This document shows, one piece after another, positions 35,901 through 44,032 of a DNA stretch of 64,000 nucleotides. This DNA comes from Candidatus Hopanoidivorans cymbastelae (GTDB taxonomy: Bacteria > Actinomycetota > Acidimicrobiia > Acidimicrobiales > Hopanoidiivorantaceae). The stretch is taken from positions 6,175 through 70,174 of the forward strand of contig JAPYNY010000053.1 of the NCBI GenBank assembly GCA_028283145.1, in the 5' to 3' direction. Position 1 is the first letter of the stretch, and each line of letters begins with the position of its first letter. The position numbers and the translations under genes were made by a program. Under the pieces are notes generated by a model. The model saw only the letters and a list, made by a program, of their open reading frames with translations. It was not told the DNA's origin and ran no database searches.

Positions 35901-36136
35901 CGCAACGACAAGATGAGCACAATCAGGCCCACTACCACCAGCAACAGGATCACTCTGGCGCGGGTGGAGAAGCGACCGCGGCGGCTGCGTGGGGAACGAG
36001 ACCGGGGTGGGCCAGACCTAGTAGGCCCGCCGCCTGTCGGCCCACTGCCGGAAGAAGACGGCCGTGTGCGGGGGCGCGCTGAAGTTGGGCGCTCCTGGGA
36101 AGGATTGGGGTTGGAGGCGCCGTTACCTATGGTCAT
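32981..36136 (-). CDS. UPF0182-family large membrane protein
   Basis: 1051 aa. It has an N-terminal multi-TM region, 'NSVKAVVDSFDGSVTLY', and a C-terminal Thr/Pro tract followed by a helical tail. Its pairing with the PDZ protease is typical of Actinomycetota. Confidence 0.9.
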   Translation of the reverse strand: MTIGNGASNPNPSQERPTSARPRTRPSSSGSGPTGGGPTRSGPPRSRSPRSRRGRFSTRARVILLLVVVGLIVLILSLRGIASFYTDYLWFDSIDQTQVWSYVLLAKIIMAVIAIGLFFILLWASLAIADRIAPDPRPSGPEEDVLSRWHNLVGKRKILVRSLIAFFFAFVTGIGASNRWQEWLLFINRKDFGVKDPQFNLDIGFYVFQLPFLKFVVDWLFTAFLIIFFITVVIHYINGGIRFQTSGQRVLPAVKAHLSVLLGILALVRAADYWLDRYSLTTSSQGVVDGVSYTDVNARLPVLYLLIVIAFLAFCLFIYNIWRKGWALPVIAVCLWAFVAIVMGNIYPFIVQRFQVEPAESTREQELMENNIQFTRQAIALDNVETRLFETGDPLTFADIEDNQDNIDVIPLLDAEVLPQTFENLEGERGFYRFPEALDVDRYEVDGEVVPVVLGARQLNPDRLPTNTWEASRLTYTHGYGLALAPANRVEAGLPDFVVGGLAVERNELGLPLDEPRVYFAEDLGGYAIVNTDRQEVDEEQADESAGEEGLQSYSYDGDGGVEIGGWWRKAAFALRFGDIDPLISNFIRSDSRVLYVRDVRERVEKLAPFLHFDSDPYAVISEGRIKYVLDAYTTTRFYPFAQRADIEQLPAGSGLRHNFNYVRNSVKAVVDSFDGSVTLYQVDAEDPIVNAYRGAFPNLFVDKSEMPADLLRHIRYPSDLFRVQTNVWARYQLGDTQKFYEQAEGWAVAQDPGGVSGAAVTAVVNEEGVLLTSRERRIDPYYTLLRLPEEDAQQFVILRPYVPISTEDTRKELAAFMVAVSDDQDYGKLIVYRTPGGDIDGPALVNSKIQSDPNISRVITLLDQQGSQVEFGDLLLVPVDQSILYVRPLYVVASSTQVPELQQVIAVLDESVVMCPQLNESLEALFGLTPIATQGDTAVTGGCTGTVEGVSLGQTPPDGTPTPPTTTTQPPSPTTTTQPPTTTTTTTEPPPTTTAPGTPAPTQDVEALLAEASAAFEDAQAALQRGDLGEYQEQVERAERLIAQASELLS

Positions 36137-37689
36137 GCGGATTCCACTGAAACATCTGCTGATGCCAACTGAGATACCACAACTGAAATCTCATCTTGCG
36201 AAAACCGTCTGTAGATGTCACGCACCTGCTGAACCAGAGCTTTGGAATCGGTGTTTTGTAGGTCGCAAGAATCTAATTCCTCAATTAGTGGGGTTAGTAA
36301 AACTCTAGTAAGCATATCATGGGATACTTCGCTGCCTAAAGATTCCCTAAAGGAAGCTCGACGAGGCACCTCGCTCAGAATCGCTTTTTGGAGCGACTTT
36401 ACCTTACTGGATTTGCCGTGGAATTTGTGAATCGCCCGCAGGACACGGCTTTCATCGTGGGTAAGGGCACGTTTCAGTTGACGCTCCAGGTCGGCATCTG
36501 GAGTGGGTGGAGTGGACTCAGCGGAAGACGACTCAACTGGAGTTGCCCCACCGGGCGGTGCCTCACCAGATAATGTCTCACCAGTAAGCACCTCACCAGA
36601 TGGCACCTCGGTCACCACCGGTTCAACTGGGATTTCCTCGGTTGGCGCTTTTTTGGAACGACTTTTGGTGGGCTTCAGTTCCGGTTCGGTAGCAGCTTCG
36701 TCAGTTGTGGTCGTTTCAGAAGTGGGAGTTTCAGTTTCGCCGACAGATTCTTTTTCACGCAGTCTGGCAAAGATGCTGGATAGATCTGCCGAAGGCTGTT
36801 TGGAAGTGTCTTGCGAAACAGGTTCTACAGTTACATCTTCTAACTCTTGGGGGGACTCAACTGCACCCACTTTGGGAGACTTTGCTGAGGCTGTCTCTTG
36901 TGCTGTTTCAGTCGCTACGCCGACATCCACTGCAGCGCGAGCGCGAACGTCGGTCGCATCACTCACAACAGCCCCCTCTCCTGCCTTAGCCCCAATATCC
37001 TGTGATCTATCCTGTGATCCCTCAGACGACGGTCCATGAGCTACTTCTGCCCCCAACTCTTCAACCGTCTCTTGCGTCTCTTGTTGCCTTTGTCTGAACT
37101 GCTGCACAGCATTGTCGGCAGCAGTCTTGGCGCGCTCTAGGGCACTGTCTAATGGCTCCACAGCTTGAGCGGTAATACGCTGCACTTGGCTGAACGATGC
37201 CAACAACTCATCTCTGGCGGCCCGCAACATCTCCACATGAGCCTGAGCCTCCTTGCGGCGGCGCATGAGGTCACCCATAATTCGCTGCTTGGCTTGCTCG
37301 GCTTCGGAAGTAATCTGGTTTGCTTTGGCCTTGGCTGCGCTTTCGATTTCTTGTACCTCGCGGTTGGTTTTTTCCAGCATTCGGCGGGCTTCAGTTCGCA
37401 GTCTGTCAGCCTCAAGTGAAGCGGCATTGAGGCGACGGGCTGCCCTAGCTTCAATGTCTTCCATGACTGCCATTTGCTCGCTGGCTTCGGCCTCCGAAAT
37501 GTCTCCCTCCCCCACTACAGAAACAGCTAGAGCAGAGGCTTGCTCCCTCAGCAACTCAGACATCATGGTGGAGACCTGCTTCAGGAATTCGTCAACCTCG
37601 GTTCGGTCATAACCCCGTCGCACCACCGTAAACTTACGATTTTGGATTTGGGGCGGAAGGAATGCGCTGCTGTCGTCTGGTTGGGTCAT
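36133..37689 (-). CDS. DivIVA-domain protein with a long coiled-coil and low-complexity region
   Basis: 'FTVVRRGYDRTEVDEFLKQV' is the DivIVA N-terminal motif. I moved the start to ATG 37689 to remove the overlap with the upstream gene. Confidence 0.75.
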   Translation of the reverse strand: MTQPDDSSAFLPPQIQNRKFTVVRRGYDRTEVDEFLKQVSTMMSELLREQASALAVSVVGEGDISEAEASEQMAVMEDIEARAARRLNAASLEADRLRTEARRMLEKTNREVQEIESAAKAKANQITSEAEQAKQRIMGDLMRRRKEAQAHVEMLRAARDELLASFSQVQRITAQAVEPLDSALERAKTAADNAVQQFRQRQQETQETVEELGAEVAHGPSSEGSQDRSQDIGAKAGEGAVVSDATDVRARAAVDVGVATETAQETASAKSPKVGAVESPQELEDVTVEPVSQDTSKQPSADLSSIFARLREKESVGETETPTSETTTTDEAATEPELKPTKSRSKKAPTEEIPVEPVVTEVPSGEVLTGETLSGEAPPGGATPVESSSAESTPPTPDADLERQLKRALTHDESRVLRAIHKFHGKSSKVKSLQKAILSEVPRRASFRESLGSEVSHDMLTRVLLTPLIEELDSCDLQNTDSKALVQQVRDIYRRFSQDEISVVVSQLASADVSVESA

Positions 37690-37726
37690 GGGCTGACTGT
37701 AGGGTTTATTAGCGGCGACATGCTTT

Positions 37727-39244
37727 CTAACGAATCGAATCGCAGTCGGGTAACTGCGCGGTGGAAGCATCCGAATAATTGCTCCCGACCGGTACGGGGT
37801 CGCCACCCAGGCACTCCAAAACCGCTATGGCTTCGTGCAAGTCTGACACCTCTATTACTTTCAAGGAATCTCCCGCAGCACTGGCTGCTTCTGCATAGTC
37901 GTTGCCATCTTCTGGCACCAAAAAGACATCATATCCATTATGGCGCACAGCGGTTGTTTTTTGCGTAACTCCACCGACTGAACAAATCTTGCCGTATTTA
38001 AAGGAGCACTCTGGGCGTTGCTCTCTGAAGAATTTTATGGGATAAAAACTCACGTTGGAGTTGACAACCCCAGTTGTGGCCACCCTCAAGTTGCCTGTGA
38101 GATCGCCTTCCGATAGCAAATCGATGACCGACAAAGTGAAGGCCAGTCCCGCTGATGGGCCTGAAACTTCTCCGGCATCAAGACGCACGCTCTCCAACAG
38201 GTCGGCTTCGGCGGAATCATAGGCAAACCAAGACTGCTGGTCTCGGCACTTGAAGTTTGCGTCATCACCCTCGCCCGAGACATCACCCTCGCCCGTGGCG
38301 TTGTCATCGCCTGAAGTATCGTTTTGAGTGGAGGTGTCTTCTAAGAAATTGATGTTGAAGAAGAAAGCCCCGCGTTCCAATCGCTGGGTTACTTCTATTT
38401 CCGCTTCTACGGTGAAGATGCCCGACTGGTTTGAGCTGTCTGCTGAATCGCCAGCCGTTTGATCGTCTTGTGGTGATTCCGTAGGCTGTGACTGCTCAGA
38501 CTCCGATCCCTCAGACTCCGGTGGCACCAACCCGTTGATCTCCAACTCCACAGTTTCACCTTCAGGCAAATTGTCGACCAACTCCAGCAGGTCTGTGGTT
38601 TTGTCAATCGTCTTGCCATTGGCGGACTGCACCACGTCTCCCGGCAAAAATACTATGTAGGGCCTGGGTTCTGAGTTCTCCGAGTCGGAGTCATCACCGT
38701 AAAGGCACTCATAGGTATCAAGAGACGGAAACAAGGTAACTTCTGTCAATCCCAGAAACTCCAGTGCCAAGGTAACGGCGCTTTTCTGGGAAGCTCGCAT
38801 CAGTTCTAGGTTGCGCTGGTCTGTTTCCTCTCGGGTTCCGCCTCTATTGATGACCTCCTCCTTGTAGATGTCAATGCGGTCGTCAAGGGAATCAAAGAAA
38901 AATCGCCACAAGGTCAGCTTTTGCGAAACCCCGACCGTTACAAACCCCACTTCAGACTCAGGTTCAAATATGGGCACACCCTCATCATCCACCGCAATGG
39001 CATCGGGTGCGCTGTAAACACTTCCTGGCGAGAGCGAAACATAGGGCACCTTGACAACATTCACCACCACTGCCGTGGCACAAGTCAGCGCTGAAACTAC
39101 AATTGAACCGATAGCCCACTTCCATTGGCGACGGCTTAGTCGCTTGCGACTGAAGCGCGGCAGATACGCCTCAGTTTCTTCCTCAGGCAACTGGGACTGG
39201 TCTGTGGGCGGCGGGTCTGCGCCTGGCTGGTTTGTGTCCGTCAT
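37727..39244 (-). CDS. PDZ-domain plus Lon-like (S16) serine protease, membrane anchored
   Basis: N-terminal TM, a PDZ-like 'GDVVQSANGKTI', and the Lon catalytic block 'VSGPSAGLAFTLSVIDLL'. Two acidic low-complexity inserts are present. Confidence 0.8.
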   Translation of the reverse strand: MTDTNQPGADPPPTDQSQLPEEETEAYLPRFSRKRLSRRQWKWAIGSIVVSALTCATAVVVNVVKVPYVSLSPGSVYSAPDAIAVDDEGVPIFEPESEVGFVTVGVSQKLTLWRFFFDSLDDRIDIYKEEVINRGGTREETDQRNLELMRASQKSAVTLALEFLGLTEVTLFPSLDTYECLYGDDSDSENSEPRPYIVFLPGDVVQSANGKTIDKTTDLLELVDNLPEGETVELEINGLVPPESEGSESEQSQPTESPQDDQTAGDSADSSNQSGIFTVEAEIEVTQRLERGAFFFNINFLEDTSTQNDTSGDDNATGEGDVSGEGDDANFKCRDQQSWFAYDSAEADLLESVRLDAGEVSGPSAGLAFTLSVIDLLSEGDLTGNLRVATTGVVNSNVSFYPIKFFREQRPECSFKYGKICSVGGVTQKTTAVRHNGYDVFLVPEDGNDYAEAASAAGDSLKVIEVSDLHEAIAVLECLGGDPVPVGSNYSDASTAQLPDCDSIR

Positions 39245-39292
39245 ACAACCCTGTCAACTGATACGTTAAATTGTCTAATACGTTAAATTGTA

Positions 39293-39616
39293 ATGACTAT
39301 TGAGTTTTTTCAGGAGCAAGCAGAGGGAGCTGAGGATACCGGCGACCACATTGGCTCTGAGATTGAACTACGCGATGCCGGTACGCCCGATGGCACGCCT
39401 GTCGATGCTGGTACACCCCTCGCGCACTCCAGAAAAATCCGAGACCAATTGCGACCTCATCGTGCTCGCCTTGGAAATGGAAGAGAGTTTTACAGACGCA
39501 TTTCGTCGCTGTTCGCGATGGTTTTGCTGGTGGTGGTTTTGGGGCTTTTGCTGGCGGGAATAGTGGTAGCGATGGTGGTTGTCGGGTCTTTCCTTTTGGA
39601 AACTTTGATTGACTGA
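39293..39616 (+). CDS. Hypothetical small protein with a C-terminal TM anchor
   Basis: 107-aa ORF that fills the gap before cysS. The TM segment is 'LFAMVLLVVVLGLLLAGIVVAMVVVGSFLL'. Confidence 0.45.
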   Translation: MTIEFFQEQAEGAEDTGDHIGSEIELRDAGTPDGTPVDAGTPLAHSRKIRDQLRPHRARLGNGREFYRRISSLFAMVLLVVVLGLLLAGIVVAMVVVGSFLLETLID

Positions 39617-39677
39617 ATACTTGGAATATTCGGGGCTGCCCCGCCTGTCTGATATTGGAATTTGATACTGGAATTCA

Positions 39678-41099
39678 ATGCTGAAATTCAACGACACCAA
39701 GAGCCGAAGTCTGGTTGACTTCACCCCGCGGGAGCCGGGCAAAATCGCCATCTATGCCTGCGGGCCGACTGTCTATGACGAGCCTCATATTGGGCACGCC
39801 CGAACCGCCTTGACCTACGATGTCATTCGCCGCTACCTGTCTTGGCGGGGTTTTGACGTCAAACTGGTCATGAATATCACCGACATTGACGACAAGATTA
39901 TCGCCCGCGCCGCCCAAGAAAGGCGCACAACTCAGGAAGTGGCGCAGGAGTACGAAGCTGTTTACTTCGAGCAGATGGACAGGCTGGGGATCAGGCGTGC
40001 AGATGCTTGCCCCAGAGCCACTGAGCACCTGAGCGGAATGATCCAAATCATCGAGGAGCTGGTGGAGCGGGATGTGGGGTATGTGATTGAGGGTGCTGGG
40101 GTGTATTTTGAGGTGTCTAAATTCGGGCAGTACGGGCAGTTGGTGGGACAAGACCCTGAGGTTTTGCTGGAAGGGTCGGGCGTGCGGGTGGAGTTGGATG
40201 AGCGCAAACGGAACCCTCAGGATTTCGCTTTGTGGAAGGCAGCCAAGGAAGGTGAGCCTGCTTGGGATTCGCCTTGGATGCCGGGGCGCCCTGGCTGGCA
40301 TATTGAGTGCGTGGCGATGTCGCTGTCTTTGCTGGGGGAAAACTTTGATATTCACGGTGGCGGCACGGATTTGGTCTTCCCCCACCACGAAAACGAGTTG
40401 GCTCAGGCACGGGCCGCGGGCTATAGCTTCGCCCGCCATTGGATTCACAGCGCGATGGTGAATATAGACGGGGAGAAAATGGCCAAGTCCAAGCAGAATT
40501 TTCTGACGCTGCGGGGGCTGTTGGACGAGTGGCCACCTGAGGCAGTCCGTCTGGCCATGCTGCAGACGCACTATCGGACTGTGATGGAGTTGACTGAGAA
40601 CTCATTGAACTCGGCGGTGGAGGGGTTGGAGAGAATCAAGGCTTTTTTGCGCGTGGCAGACAGGGCTGCGTTGAATGAAGGGGATACTGGCGGCGGAGTT
40701 TCGGAGGCAATGGTGCCGGCCGCAGCTGAGTTTCGTCAAGCTATGGACAACGATTTCAATACTCCTCAGGCTTTGGCAGCCGTCTTTGATGCCGTGCGCC
40801 AAGGAAATGTGGCGCTCAAGCAGGGCCAGGCGGCGCTAGCGAAAGCAGCTTGCGAGGCTGTTCGGGAATTGTGTCAGGTTCTGGGGCTTTTACCAGCTGA
40901 GTCTGAAGCGGGAGGACCTGGCAAAACCCCTGAGGAATCCGAAGAAATTGCAGCCATTGAACTGCTGGTTTCACAACGTCAACAAGCCAGGGAGTCGAAA
41001 GATTTTCAAGCAGCCGACCGCCTGCGAGAACAACTCAAAGCTGAATATAAGGTAGAGGTTGAAGATACCCCTCAAGGGCCGGTTTGGAGGCGAGTGTAA
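39678..41099 (+). CDS. cysS: Cysteine--tRNA ligase
   Basis: 'CGPTVYDEPHIGHAR' (HIGH) and 'KMAKSKQNF' (KMSKS), with class-I CysRS-like sequence throughout. Confidence 0.95.
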   Translation: MLKFNDTKSRSLVDFTPREPGKIAIYACGPTVYDEPHIGHARTALTYDVIRRYLSWRGFDVKLVMNITDIDDKIIARAAQERRTTQEVAQEYEAVYFEQMDRLGIRRADACPRATEHLSGMIQIIEELVERDVGYVIEGAGVYFEVSKFGQYGQLVGQDPEVLLEGSGVRVELDERKRNPQDFALWKAAKEGEPAWDSPWMPGRPGWHIECVAMSLSLLGENFDIHGGGTDLVFPHHENELAQARAAGYSFARHWIHSAMVNIDGEKMAKSKQNFLTLRGLLDEWPPEAVRLAMLQTHYRTVMELTENSLNSAVEGLERIKAFLRVADRAALNEGDTGGGVSEAMVPAAAEFRQAMDNDFNTPQALAAVFDAVRQGNVALKQGQAALAKAACEAVRELCQVLGLLPAESEAGGPGKTPEESEEIAAIELLVSQRQQARESKDFQAADRLREQLKAEYKVEVEDTPQGPVWRRV

Positions 41100-41289
41100 G
41101 GCGCTGAGGGGAGCGGTCAAACCCCGTGGGTCACAGGCCATAAGTCAAGCCCTGCGAGGAGCCACAAAGATTTTTATCCTGCAAAATTCAATTTGCTGCT
41201 GACTGCACCTATCGCAGCTGGTTTCGCCGCAGTTGCCATTGGAGTGGGTTTGGCGGTTGTGCAACACCCGTGGTTTACATTTCGGGGGT

Positions 41290-41628
41290 ATGGAAATTAC
41301 CTACTCAAGAAAAGTCAAATTCCTAGAAGACACAAGGGCAACCAAAAGGGAGTTCCCAAACGAGCATAAGATGATTGACCGAAGGCTGGGCGAGCTCAAA
41401 CAAGCAAAAACTGTGCGAGACCTCCATTATGGCAATCCGCACCCCCTGAAAGGCAACATGCAAGGGCTGATATCGGTCACCGTCCAAGGCGGCCTCAGGA
41501 TCGTCTTCGGGCCAGCAAAAGCCGATTCCCAATACGGTCAAAAACAGATCAACTGGAGCCTTGTAACGAAAATATGCATCAAGGACATATTAAACTACCG
41601 TTCTCAATGGAGCCGTGCCGATCACTGA
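41290..41628 (+). CDS. higB: HigB-family (RelE-fold) toxin, full length except for an altered C-terminus
   Basis: 'NPHPLKGNMQGLISVTVQGGLRIVFGP' matches the HigB 'LHPLKGDREGYWSITV..WRITF' pattern. It ends ...LNYRSQWSRADH instead of ...NYH. Confidence 0.7.
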   Translation: MEITYSRKVKFLEDTRATKREFPNEHKMIDRRLGELKQAKTVRDLHYGNPHPLKGNMQGLISVTVQGGLRIVFGPAKADSQYGQKQINWSLVTKICIKDILNYRSQWSRADH

Positions 41629-41785
41629 AGACATCGCCAAAAAACTCACCAAAGTCGCACGATATCCCGTTTACTTCTGGCTGAACGGCGAAAAACGCTA
41701 CCAATACGACCTGAAACGCCTAGGCTGGCAACGCCCCACCTGCCCAGAAACCGAACAATACTATACAGCCAACGGACAAGCCTGA
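41600..41785 (+). pseudogene. higA fragment (C-terminal 61 codons only; N-terminal 61 codons deleted)
   Basis: It reads VLNGAVPITEDIAKKLTKVARYPVYFWLNGEKRYQYDLKRLGWQRPTCPETEQYYTANGQA*, parallel to 42292-42477, and has no start codon. Confidence 0.6.
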
Positions 41786-41945
41786 ACCAACCCGCCAGCA
41801 CCAACCCGCCAACTGGCGGACAACAAAAAACAAATCAAGCGGGCGGACGACACCCCGCCTTGGCCTGTAGCAACTGGCTCCGCCGCAGTTGCCATTAGAT
41901 CTGGTTTGGCGGTTGTGCAACACCTGTGGTTTACATTCTGGGGGA

Positions 41946-42062
41946 GGCGGCCTCAGGATCGTCTTCGGGCCTGCAGAAACCGACAGCCAATACGGTCAAA
42001 CCCACGTCAACTGGGCCAATGTCACGGCGATTTACATCGTAGACATAATAAACTACCACTAG
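41946..42062 (+). pseudogene. higB remnant (last 38 codons only)
   Basis: GGLRIVFGPAETDSQYGQTHVNWANVTAIYIVDIINYH*. About 198 bp, including the start codon, is missing relative to copy 1. Confidence 0.6.
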
Positions 42063-42088
42063 AAACAGCACTTCTAGAAACAGCACTT
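42059..42088. repeat. Perfect 15-bp tandem duplication (CTAGAAACAGCACTT x2)
   Basis: Read directly from the sequence. It spans the higB-remnant stop codon. Confidence 0.9.
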
Positions 42089-42108
42089 CCCTCATAAAGG
42101 AACATGCC

Positions 42109-42477
42109 ATGTTCAAACTACGTTCCAAAAAATCCCTGCCCCTCAGGCTGCAGCCCCAAGACGGCCTCAGATTCGAGACGGACTGGACAACAGCCCCCGG
42201 CGAATCCCTCCAGGAGGCGATAGAGGTGGAAGGCTTCACTCCAGAACAAGCTGCCGAAACCTCAGGCATTCCATACCCAGTGTTTCTGGGCGTTCTCAAC
42301 GGTGCCGTGCCGATCACTGAAGACATCGCAAAGAAACTCACCAAAGTCGCACGATACTCCGTCCAATTCTGGCTGAACAGCGAAAAACGCTACCAATACG
42401 ACATCAAACGCCTAGGCTGGCAACGCCCCACCTGCCCAGAAACCGAACAATACTACACAGCCAACGGACAAGCCTGA
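42109..42477 (+). CDS. higA: HigA-type antitoxin (HTH, XRE-like), intact
   Basis: 122 aa located downstream of higB. 'ESLQEAIEVEGFTPEQAAETSGIPYPVFLGVLNGAVPITEDIAKKL' is an HTH pattern. Confidence 0.65.
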   Translation: MFKLRSKKSLPLRLQPQDGLRFETDWTTAPGESLQEAIEVEGFTPEQAAETSGIPYPVFLGVLNGAVPITEDIAKKLTKVARYSVQFWLNSEKRYQYDIKRLGWQRPTCPETEQYYTANGQA

Positions 42478-42539
42478 ACCAACCCGCCAGCAAGCGGTGC
42501 CACAAAATGGCACTTCAGACGCGTGGTGCGGCTTGACCG

Positions 42540-43064
42540 CTATACCGTTGGAACTCGCCCTTTGATTTTTGACACTTTGATTTCAATCACCCGGCGGTCA
42601 CTGCCCCTGTTTTTGGGAGGACGATACCGCTGCGCATAGCGCCTGACTCCTTCTTCGCAACGGTCTTTGTCGGCAGTTACTTGCGCTGCCCCTTCCAAAG
42701 TCAGCCATCGCCCGCCGTCAACTTGGCAGAGCGAAACCATCATGAGCGGAGACCCGTTACTGCCGGCGTGTAAGCTGCTGCCGTCTCCGATGGAATTGGC
42801 GTCAGAGTTGTCTGTATCAGGGCTGTCTTCGTCAGCAGCAACCTCATCAGCCCTTGCCGGTGGCAGAGCTTCCAACAACTTCACTTTCTGAGAATGGGCG
42901 AAAGTTATCACCCTGGCCAAACCAGATTCGTCATCCCAAGTAAAGCCCACAGGCGTGACATGCGGGCTTTTTCCTTGGCGGGGGATGCTAAGGGTAGCCA
43001 AGTGCCGCTCAGCTAAGAATTGCTTTACTTCCTGTGGCAGATTGGCTGGATCCCAATTCATCAA
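42540..43064 (-). CDS. PPOX-class (pyridoxamine-5'-phosphate-oxidase-like) probable F420-dependent protein with an acidic insert
   Basis: 'FLAERHLATLSIPRQGKSPHVTPVGFTWD' and 'RRVIEIKVSKIKG' are PPOX split-barrel blocks. A ~35-aa D/S-rich insert is present. Confidence 0.65.
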   Translation of the reverse strand: MMNWDPANLPQEVKQFLAERHLATLSIPRQGKSPHVTPVGFTWDDESGLARVITFAHSQKVKLLEALPPARADEVAADEDSPDTDNSDANSIGDGSSLHAGSNGSPLMMVSLCQVDGGRWLTLEGAAQVTADKDRCEEGVRRYAQRYRPPKNRGSDRRVIEIKVSKIKGRVPTV

Positions 43065-43127
43065 GCATTAATGCTACTCAGCTTTGAAAAACTGGGGCAG
43101 TGGCTAACCGAAGACGGGCTACACTTC

Positions 43128-43155
43128 GGCTGAGACACGAAGGCTGAGACACGAA
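43128..43155. repeat. Perfect 14-bp tandem duplication (GGCTGAGACACGAA x2), next to a 6-bp-stem hairpin at 43108-43129
   Basis: Read directly. It lies downstream of copy D's stop codon. Confidence 0.9.
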
Positions 43156-43174
43156 ATTTGACCAAGGCGCGACC

Positions 43175-44032
43175 TCAGCCCAAGCGCGAGTCCAAAAGGA
43201 TATCGTTCGTGACAGTATCGTAAACGACGCAGCCATCGCCGTCGGTCGTTACTTTGATGCTCAATGTGGAGCCCTGGTCAGTTGGTGGGACATTTGTGCC
43301 AACCGGATAGACATTTGGATTTGAGCCATATGGACCATCCCAACGCCATGCATAACCATTGGTTGATCCACGGGTAGCATCTTTTAGTCGTTGGTTAGGC
43401 ACGTACGTGACCCCATCATGGGGATTTTGAATATCAAAATGTTCATAATTGACATTCATTAGTTCAGTATTCCCACTGTCACCTGCTCCCCCTTTGAAGT
43501 AAGTTACCCCAATACGGTATTCACTGTGAGCAGGGAAGCTATTGTCAGTTTTGAACTTGATGTAGGAATGCTTGGCTTCTACCATCATAGAGGCGCCAGT
43601 GTCATAGTCAGTAACTGGCACCGGCTCCATTAAATCGTCAAGTGTATGGACTCGCGCTACCCGAATTTCCCGTTCCACATAGCAGGGGGCAAAGCATCCT
43701 ATTCCGCTAGAAGTATATCCCCCGTTGCCTGGGGTTGCTTGTGGAGTATTGGAGGTGGGGTTATATCTGAACTCTGTGAATTCTTCCCCTCCGCCTCCAC
43801 CGACGGCTGCCAGCACTGGATCGTGAAATTCCCAGGGAGCACACCTGCCTTCCAAGCTGGGTTGCTGTGCTTCCAAGTCATCCGATGCGCTGCCAGTGAT
43901 GGCTGCTATGATCACTCCTCCGGCTACCGCCAACAACACCAAAACGGCTGTAATGATCAGGGTTTGCAGGGTGAAGCCCCGCTGGTCGTGGGGGGTCAAT
44001 TGTTTGCTGTATCTGGTAGATCTGAGCTTCAT
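43175..44032 (-). CDS. Prepilin-like four-Cys protein family, copy D (dispersed)
   Basis: 'MKLRSTRYSKQLTPHDQRG|FTLQTLIITAVLVLLAVAGG...', then 'CAPWEFHDP', 'GGYTSSGIGCFAPCY', 'YRIGVTYFK' and 'VGTNVPPTDQGSTLSIKVTTDGDGC'. GGAGA precedes this ATG; the ATG at 44047 is an alternative start. Confidence 0.7.
   Translation of the reverse strand: MKLRSTRYSKQLTPHDQRGFTLQTLIITAVLVLLAVAGGVIIAAITGSASDDLEAQQPSLEGRCAPWEFHDPVLAAVGGGGGEEFTEFRYNPTSNTPQATPGNGGYTSSGIGCFAPCYVEREIRVARVHTLDDLMEPVPVTDYDTGASMMVEAKHSYIKFKTDNSFPAHSEYRIGVTYFKGGAGDSGNTELMNVNYEHFDIQNPHDGVTYVPNQRLKDATRGSTNGYAWRWDGPYGSNPNVYPVGTNVPPTDQGSTLSIKVTTDGDGCVVYDTVTNDILLDSRLG

Larger units (their letters stand above)
41213..41799 (+). repeat. Copy 1 of a ~0.6-kb tandem duplication carrying higBA
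   Basis: Aligns by eye with 41869-42491 from 'GC.ACTGG...CGCCGCAGTTGCCATT' to 'ACAGCCAACGGACAAGCCTGAACCAACCCGCCAGCA'. Confidence 0.85.
41869..42491 (+). repeat. Copy 2 of the higBA tandem duplication
   Basis: See copy 1 (41213-41799). Confidence 0.85.

Noticed and set aside
39617-39677. Possible T-box or riboswitch leader before cysS (three TGGAAT repeats, a small GGGGC/GCCCC hairpin)
   Set aside because: The region is only about 60 nt, far too short for a T-box. No specifier or antiterminator architecture is visible.
39675-40571. 298-aa minus-strand ORF
   Set aside because: It lies entirely antisense to cysS, which carries HIGH and KMSKS motifs. It shows no motifs and has an Arg/Pro/His-rich composition.
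41906-42097. 63-aa ORF across the higB remnant, and the 41233 upstream extension of higB
   Set aside because: The first is in the wrong frame relative to the HigB-homologous frame. The second adds 19 non-homologous residues, whereas the internal ATG at 41290 gives a HigB-length protein.
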